A program made the translations under genes and the position numbers. From Nemertoderma westbladi (lineage: Eukaryota; Animalia; Xenacoelomorpha): DNA of 57,917 nt. This document shows, one piece after another, positions 49,798-57,917 of the stretch (position 1 is the first letter of the stretch; the number at the start of each line of letters is the position of its first letter). A model generated the notes under the pieces. That model did no database searches and was not told the origin of the DNA. It saw only the letters and a program-made list of their open reading frames with translations. The stretch spans positions 1 through 57,917 of the forward strand of contig JAUCBJ010008207.1 in assembly GCA_032718475.1 (NCBI GenBank). The letters run 5' to 3'.

Positions 49798-52700
49798 TCA
49801 ATATAGACAGACCTGTCCAGCTTTGGTTCACCCTTATAGACAGACCTGTCCAGCTTTGGTTGACCCTTATAGACAGACCTGTCCAGCTTTGGTTGACCCT
49901 TATAGACAGACCTGTCCAGCTTTGGTTGACCCTTATAGACAGACCTGTCCAGCTTTGGTTGACCCTTATAGACAGACCTGTCCAGCTTTGGTTGACCCTT
50001 GTATTGAATCAATATAGACAGACCTGTCCAGCTTTGGTTGACCCTTATAGACAGACCTGTCCAGCTTTGGTTGACCCTTATAGACAGACCTGTCCAGCTT
50101 TGGTTGACCCTTGTATTGGATCAATATAGACAGACCTGTCCAGCTTTGGTTGACTCTTATAGACAGACCTGTCCAGCTTTGGTTGACCCTTATAGACAGA
50201 CCTGTCCAGCTTTGGTTGACCCTTGTATTGGATCAATATAGACAGACCTGTCCAGCTTTGGTTGACCCTTATAGACAGACCTGTCCAGCTTTGGTTGACC
50301 CTTGTATTGGATCAATATAGACAGACCTGTCCAGCTTTGGTTGACTCTTATAGACAGACCTGTCCAGCTTTGGTTGACCCTTATAGGCAGACCTGTCCAG
50401 CTTTGGTTGACCCTTATAGACAGACCTGCCAGCTTTGGTTGACCCTTGTATTGGATCAATATAGACAGACCTGTCCAGCTTTGGTTGACCCTTGTATTGG
50501 ATCAATATAGACAGACCTGTCCAGCTTTGGTTGACCCTTGTATTGGATCAATATAGACAGACCTGTCCAGCTTTGGTTGACCCCTATAGACAGACCTGTC
50601 CAGCTTTGGTTGACCCTTGTATTGGATCAATATAGACAGACCTGTCCAGCTTTGGTTGACCCTTGTATTGGATCAATATAGACAGACCTGTCCAGCTGTG
50701 GTTGACCCTTGTATTGGATCAATATAGACAGACCTGTCCAGCTTTGGTTGACCCTTATAGACAGACCTGTCCAGCTTTGGTTGACCCTTGTATTGGATCA
50801 ATATAGACAGACCTGTCCAGCTTTGGTTGACCCTTGTATTGGATCAATATAGACAGACCTGTCCAGCTTTGGTTGACCCTTGTATTGGATCAATATAGAC
50901 AGACCTGTCCAGCTGTGGTTGGCCCTTGTATTGGATCAATATAGACAGACCTGTCCAGCTTTGGTTGACCCTTATAGACAGACCTGTCCAGCTTTGGTTG
51001 ACCCTTGTATTGGATCAATATAGACAGACCTGTCCAGCTTTGGTTGACCCTTGTATTGGATCAATATAGACAGACCTGTCCAGCTTTGGTTGACCCTTAT
51101 AGACAGACCTGTCCAGCTTTGGTTGACCCTTGTATTGGATCAATATAGACAGACCTGTCCAGCTTTGGTTGACCCCTATAGACAGACCTGTCCAGCTTTG
51201 GTTGACCCTTGTATTGGATCAATATAGACAGACCTGTCCAGCTTTGGTTGACCCTTGTATTGGATCAATATAGACAGACCTGTCCAGCTTTGGTTGACCC
51301 TTATAGACAGACCTGTCCAGCTTTGGTTGACCCTTGTATTGGATCAATATAGACAGACCTGTCCAGCTTTGGTTGACCCTTGTATTGGATCAATATAGAC
51401 AGACCTGTCCAGCTTTGGTTGACCCCTATAGACAGACCTGTCCAGCTTTGGTTGACCCTTGTATTGGATCAATATAGACAGACCTGTCCAGCTTTGGTTG
51501 ACCCTTGTATTGGATCAATATAGACAGACCTGTCCAGCTGTGGTTGACCCTTGTATTGGATCAATATAGACAGACCTGTCCAGCTTTGGTTGACCCTTAT
51601 AGACAGACCTGTCCAGCTTTGGTTGACCCTTGTATTGGATCAATATAGACAGACCTGTCCAGCTTTGGTTGACCCTTGTATTGGATCAATATAGACAGAC
51701 CTGTCCAGCTTTGGTTGACCCTTGTATTGGATCAATATAGACAGACCTGTCCAGCTGTGGTTGGCCCTTGTATTGGATCAATATAGACAGACCTGTCCAG
51801 CTTTGGTTGACCCTTATAGACAGACCTGTCCAGCTTTGGTTGACCCTTGTATTGGATCAATATAGACAGACCTGTCCAGCTTTGGTTGACCCTTGTATTG
51901 GATCAATATAGACAGACCTGTCCAGCTTTGGTTGACCCTTATAGACAGACCTGTCCAGCTTTGGTTGACCCTTGTATTGGATCAATATAGACAGACCTGT
52001 CCAGCTTTGGTTGACCCCTATAGACAGACCTGTCCAGCTTTGGTTGACCCTTGTATTGGATCAATATAGACAGACCTGTCCAGCTTTGGTTGACCCTTGT
52101 ATTGGATCAATATAGACAGACCTGTCCAGCTTTGGTTGACCCTTATAGACAGACCTGTCCAGCTTTGGTTGACCCTTGTATTGGATCAATATAGACAGAC
52201 CTGTCCAGCTTTGGTTGACCCTTGTATTGGATCAATATAGACAGACCTGTCCAGCTGTGGTTGGCCCTTGTATTGGATCAATATAGACAGACCTGTCCAG
52301 CTTTGGTTGACCCTTATAGACAGACCTGTCCAGCTTTGGTTGACCCTTGTATTGGATCAATATAGACAGACCTGTCCAGCTTTGGTTGACCCTTGTATTG
52401 GATCAATATAGACAGACCTGTCCAGCTTTGGTTGACCCTTATAGACAGACCTGTCCAGCTTTGGTTGACCCTTGTATTGGATCAATATAGACAGACCTGT
52501 CCAGCTTTGGTTGACCCCTATAGACAGACCTGTCCAGCTTTGGTTGACCCTTGTATTGGATCAATATAGACAGACCTGTCCAGCTTTGGTTGACCCTTGT
52601 ATTGGATCAATATAGACAGACCTGTCCAGCTTTGGTTGACCCTTATAGACAGACCTGTCCAGCTTTGGTTGACCCTTGTATTGGATCAATATAGACAGAC

Positions 52701-54603
52701 CTGTCCAGCTTTGGTTGACTCTTATAGACAGACCTGTCCAGCTTTGGTTGACCCTTATAGGCAGACCTGTCCAGCTTTGGTTGACCCTTATAGACAGACC
52801 TGCCAGCTTTGGTTGACCCTTGTATTGGATCAATATAGACAGACCTGTCCAGCTTTGGTTGACCCTTGTATTGGATCAATATAGACAGACCTGTCCAGCT
52901 TTGGTTGACCCTTGTATTGGATCAATATAGACAGACCTGTCCAGCTTTGGTTGACCCCTATAGACAGACCTGTCCAGCTTTGGTTGACCCTTGTATTGGA
53001 TCAATATAGACAGACCTGTCCAGCTTTGGTTGACCCTTGTATTGGATCAATATAGACAGACCTGTCCAGCTGTGGTTGACCCTTGTATTGGATCAATATA
53101 GACAGACCTGTCCAGCTTTGGTTGACCCTTATAGACAGACCTGTCCAGCTTTGGTTGACCCTTGTATTGGATCAATATAGACAGACCTGTCCAGCTTTGG
53201 TTGACCCTTGTATTGGATCAATATAGACAGACCTGTCCAGCTTTGGTTGACCCTTGTATTGGATCAATATAGACAGACCTGTCCAGCTGTGGTTGACCCT
53301 TGTATTGGATCAATATAGACAGACCTGTCCAGCTTTGGTTGACCCTTATAGACAGACCTGTCCAGCTTTGGTTGACCCTTGTATTGGATCAATATAGACA
53401 GACCTGTCCAGCTTTGGTTGACCCTTGTATTGGATCAATATAGACAGACCTGTCCAGCTTTGGTTGACCCTTGTATTGGATCAATATAGACAGACCTGTC
53501 CAGCTTTGGTTGACCCCTATAGACAGACCTGTCCAGCTTTGGTTGACCCTTGTATTGGATCAATATAGACAGACCTGTCCAGCTTTGGTTGACCCCTATA
53601 GACAGACCTGTCCAGCTTTGGTTGACCCTTGTATTGGATCAATATAGACAGACCTGTCCAGCTGTGGTTGACCCTTGTATTGGATCAATATAGACAGACC
53701 TGTCCAGCTTTGGTTGACCCTTATAGACAGACCTGTCCAGCTGTGGTTGACCCTTGTATTGGATCAATATAGACAGACCTGTCCAGCTGTGGTTGACCCT
53801 TGTATTGGATCAATATAGACAGACCTGTCCAGCTTTGGTTGACCCTTGTATTGGATCAATATAGACAGACCTGTCCAGCTTTGGTTGACCCTTATAAACA
53901 GACCTGTCCAGCTTTGGTTGACCCTTATAGACAGACCTGCCAGCTTTGGTTGACCCTTGTATTGGATCAATATAGACAGACCTGTCCAGCTTTGGTTGAC
54001 CCTTGTATTGGATCAATATAGACAGACCTGTCCAGCTTTGGTTGACCCCTATAGACAGACCTGTCCAGCTTTGGTTGACCCTTGTATTGGATCAATATAG
54101 ACAGACCTGTCCAGCTGTGGTTGACCCTTGTATTGGATCAATATAGACAGACCTGTCCAGCTTTGGTTGACCCTTATAGACAGACCTGTCCAGCTGTGGT
54201 TGACCCTTGTATTGGATCAATATAGACAGACCTGTCCAGCTGTGGTTGACCCTTGTATTGGATCAATATAGACAGACCTGTCCAGCTTTGGTTGACCCTT
54301 GTATTGGATCAATATAGACAGACCTGTCCAGCTTTGGTTGACCCTTATAAACAGACCTGTCCAGCTTTGGTTGACCCTTATAGACAGACCTGCCAGCTTT
54401 GGTTGACCCTTGTATTGGATCAATATAGACAGACCTGTCCAGCTTTGGTTGACCCTTGTATTGGATCAATATAGACAGACCTGTCCAGCTTTGGTTGACC
54501 CTTGTATTGGATCAATATAGACAGACCTGTCCAGCTTTGGTTGACCCTTGTATTGGATCAATATAGACAGACCTGTCCAGCTATGGTTGACCCTTGTATT
54601 GGA
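49798..54603. repeat. tandem array of interspersed 33-bp (ATAGACAGACCTGTCCAGCTTTGGTTGACCCTT) and 46-bp (+GTATTGGATCAAT) units
   Basis: Direct reading; duplications with 2374-bp and 453-bp offsets shown by identical ORFs at 50223/52597 and 53764/54217. Confidence 0.97.
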
Positions 54604-54687
54604 ATACTATTATTGGTAATTTAAATTTATAAGTTGACTGGAACTTTATAATAAGATGACGTCATTAGATCTGACATATGGAGACAA

Positions 54688-54914
54688 GGGGGAAACTGGA
54701 CGCAAATCCCATCTTGGCGAATTAATATCCCGCCTCAATGTGAAATTCTCAATTTAGGGAAAGCAGCAGGTTACAGTGGCACGTTATATTAATCAAAACA
54801 ATAAACTAAACACAATAGAACACGTTACAGTTTTATATTTGAGTGTAATCAGCTGTTATTTGCGTCGAATTTCCCATGGAGAGGGATGAATTTTTATTGC
54901 GTCCAGTTTCCCCC
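54688..54914. mobile_element. 227-bp MITE with 18-bp perfect TIRs (GGGGGAAACTGGACGCAA)
   Basis: Ends GGGGGAAACTGGACGCAA / TTGCGTCCAGTTTCCCCC; three decayed relatives in the window; no clear TSD. Confidence 0.85.
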
Positions 54915-55385
54915 TATCTGGACATAGGACGTCATTATATCAAACTATGACGTCATTAGATCTAACAGAAGACGTCATTACACCGGGCATATTACGTAAT
55001 TTGATCTAACATTGTTATTCGGTATATGGATAGTTATGAAAGGCGCCTACTCAGCAACTTAATATAAATATCACGTAAATATGTTGATTTTATTTTTACA
55101 AATAACAAAATAATAATCAAAATTTCAAATAATAGCAATGTAATTTTACAAAACATATTTATACTAATTACAAGAAATATACAACCATCGACAAATATGT
55201 GAATACGTGAATAAATATATTAACTGGTGAAAACTTGAATTTTGGGAGGGCCAATTTCACTTGGTGGGAATTTTTTTAATAGATGTGTCTGACTTGGCGA
55301 GAACTCATATTTGAGTTCTCGCAAGTCTATTCCCTCTTGGTGGGGCTTTCTTAAGAAGAAGTAGATAACTTGGTCAAAACTCATA

Positions 55386-56850
55386 TGAGTTTATGAGCCA
55401 CCGACTGGACTTGGTGAGTTTATGAACCACCGTCTGGACTTGGTGAGTTTATGAGCCACCGTCTGGACTTGGTAAGTTTACTATGGTTCGACAACATTTG
55501 TGTCTACTGTTGTCGGTGACACAGAACCATTTGAAGTGTTATGGGGCGTCCTCCAAGGAGACACACTTGCACCATTCTTGTTCATAATTGTTGTTGACTA
55601 TGTTCTACGCATGTCCTTAGATCATCATAATGATGATGGGGTGATGATAACTCCACCTACTGGCTCCAGAAGTCGAGGAAATCCTGCCAAGTACCTAACT
55701 GATCTAGACTTTGCTGATGACTTAGGAGTACTCTCAGAATCATTAGAGGGAGCCCAACGGCTCCTCAGCTCATTAGAACATGCTGCTTCTAGTGTTGGTC
55801 TTTTTATTAAATCCAGAAAGATCAAAATTTTGACAGTTAACTTTGAAAGTCCTCAGCAAGTCTCTGATCGGATGAGCATAAGCTCAAAAGATGGTATGCT
55901 TGAGCATGTGGATGACTTCTGTTACCTGGGATCATGGATACGGAAGTCAGGTGAGGACCTTCGAATACGTAAGGGAAAGGCATGGGCAGTCTTGAATAGG
56001 CTTTCCAGGATTTGGAAGTCACCGAGAATTAATCGGAAACTTAAGGTCCGATTATTTAGAGCAGCAGTAGTTCCAGTACTCCTCTATAGGAGTCCATGCT
56101 GGGCTCTAACTGCTGAGGACACCAAATCTCTGGATGGCACATTCACAAGAATGCTACGCCGGGTTCATTGTGTCAAGTACAATGCACACATCTCCAACCA
56201 GACACTATATAACATTGGAGGTGTCTCATTGGTTCCCCCAAGCTTGACACTAGAACAAAATCGCCTCCGCTTTGCAGGACATTGCTTTCGCCGTGAGGAC
56301 CAGCCAGTGCATAATCTTGTACTTTGGCAGCCTCATGGAGTGAATAAGCATGGTGGACAGCCCATGACTTTCTTGAGACGCCTCTTAAAAGACACTGGCC
56401 TTGAAGATGCGGATGATCTAGCAAATGTCATGGGTGATAGGGAGTTGTGGCGGCGCGATTTTGTCGTTAAGCCGGCACAGCATTCTTAAAAATGCAGCTG
56501 CAATGCAGCATGCCGATCCTAGTGGTGAGTTTATGAGCCACCGTCTGGACTTGGTGAGTTTATGCTGTTTGAGAAAGTGTCTGGGACTCAGACTTCTGGG
56601 ATTCAGTGGAAGTAGCTTTTGCAATTTCCGACATCTTATTATTTTGAATTTTAGTGTTTTTGTTTAAAAACTGGACTTGGTGAGTTTATGAGCCACCGTC
56701 TGGTCTTGGTGAGTTTATGAGCCACCGTCTGGACTTGGTGAGTTTATGAGCTACCGTCTGGACTTGGTGAGTTTATGAGCTACCGTCTGGACTTGGTGAG
56801 TTTATGAGCTACCGTCTGGACTTGGTGAGTTAATGAACCATCGTCTGGAA
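55386..56850. repeat. 29-bp tandem repeat (GGACTTGGTGAGTTTATGAGCCACCGTCT), ~10-11 copies, split by RTE copy 3 and a ~107-bp insert (56564-56670)
   Basis: Units at 55386-55480, 56523-56564 and 56671-56850. Confidence 0.9.
55481..56522 (+). mobile_element. RTE-clade LINE copy 3: 5'-truncated, uninterrupted RT C-terminal frame (to 56489)
   Basis: GVLQGDTLAPFLFIIVVDYVLR, LTDLDFADD, FCYLGS; flanked by TGGTAAGTTTA / TGGTGAGTTTA (11-bp TSD, one mismatch). Confidence 0.96.
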
Positions 56851-56980
56851 TTTGTAGAGATTATATTTTTCTGCTCTCCTTGGTGTGAGTTTTTCTTATA
56901 TTTATAAAGTTAATAAAAATTAAATTAAATGTACCCGAGACTATACACAATTGTATTTCTTTGCATTGAAAATGTTGAAA

Positions 56981-57361
56981 TTATTTTTTGTTGACTTAAC
57001 ATTATTTTTTGTTGACTTAACTTTATTTTTGTTGACTTAACATTATTTTTGTTGACTTAACATTATTTTTGTTGACTTAACATTATTTTTGTTGACTTAA
57101 CATTATTTTTTGTTGACTTAACATTATTTTTGTTGACTTAACATTATTTTTGTTGACTTAACATTATTTTTTGTTGACATAACATTATTTTTTGTTGACT
57201 TAACATTATTTTTTGTTGACTTAACATTATTTTTTGTTGACTTAACATTATTTTTTGTTGACATAACATTATTTTTTGTTGACTTAACATTATTTTTTGT
57301 TGACATAACATTATTTTTTGTTGACTTAACATTATTTTTTGTTGACTTAACATTATTTTTT
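56981..57361. repeat. 20/21-bp tandem array, ~18 copies (TTATTTTTTGTTGACTTAACA)
   Basis: Direct reading. Confidence 0.95.
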
Positions 57362-57917
57362 TTATCGAATAAGATTAATTATTTTAAATAACTGCGGCGA
57401 CTTAGTTCAAACATTAAATTAGCGATAGACTGCGTAATTTTTAACTTCAGAGGCCGTTATATATATCATCTGAAAGATGAGAAAATGACCTTCAACCTGG
57501 TGCTTATAGTTAGTCTCTGTGACTTATAATAATGAAACGGCCATGAGTTGAAATTAGACAATAACTTTCCCACAATGTACTGCCGTGTTGTTTAGCCTAT
57601 ACTGATCGTCTGAAGCCGATTCAACTACTGTTGTAAAACTCATCAACAGCCCAATACAATGGGCCTATTGTCGTCGACATATAAGTCAATGCTTCCTTCC
57701 TGACAGCTGATAAACAATAGTATAGCCGAAATTCAGTTGAAACCAACTCAGAACGGTTTTACTGTAACTCATTTGAGTTTTCACCAAGTCAGAATAGATT
57801 TAAGCAATAATTCCACCAAGTAAAACTTACAATCGCAAAACTCATACTTGAGTTTTCAATTTGTTTGAAGTGCAAAATTTATTTGAGTGGTGGGGTTCCA
57901 TTCCGAATTACATTATA

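Larger units (their letters stand above)
55228..57858. mobile_element. old element with ~90-bp imperfect inverted ends, enclosing two arrays and RTE copy 3
   Basis: 55228-55320 (TGAAAACT..ACTTGGTGGGAATT..TCTGACTTGGCGAGAACTCA) aligns with the reverse complement of 57766-57858. Boundaries approximate. Confidence 0.5.

Noticed and set aside
49798-54603. Repeat-spacer appearance suggesting CRISPR
   Set aside because: The apparent spacer is always the same 13 bp, and the context is eukaryotic.

Overview
Eukaryotic (animal, probably invertebrate) genomic DNA. About 37 kb of the 58 kb (~64%) is made of at least eleven unrelated tandem arrays (units of 37, 49, 21, 77, 21, 22, 26, 32/48, 33/46, 29 and 20/21 bp). 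Nearly all long ORFs in the supplied track are artefacts of these arrays. The unique-sequence islands contain: (i) a complete 3-coding-exon KCTD1/KCTD15-type BTB gene on + (46740-49630, 284 aa); (ii) a probable unrecognised multi-exon gene on - (ATG at 29409) whose introns are inflated by arrays; (iii) three truncated copies of one RTE-clade LINE; (iv) a Penelope-like fragment with a minimal hammerhead ribozyme nested in one RTE copy; (v) a 3.6-kb TIR element with a perfect 7-bp target duplication and nested insertions; (vi) several MITEs and two tRNA-derived SINE-like elements. The most unusual points are arrays seeded exactly at junctions (a splice donor, a MITE end), and an RTE insertion at the KCTD 3' splice site that is in frame with the gene at both ends. 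Everything was read by eye: copy numbers are length/period estimates and no database search was run.
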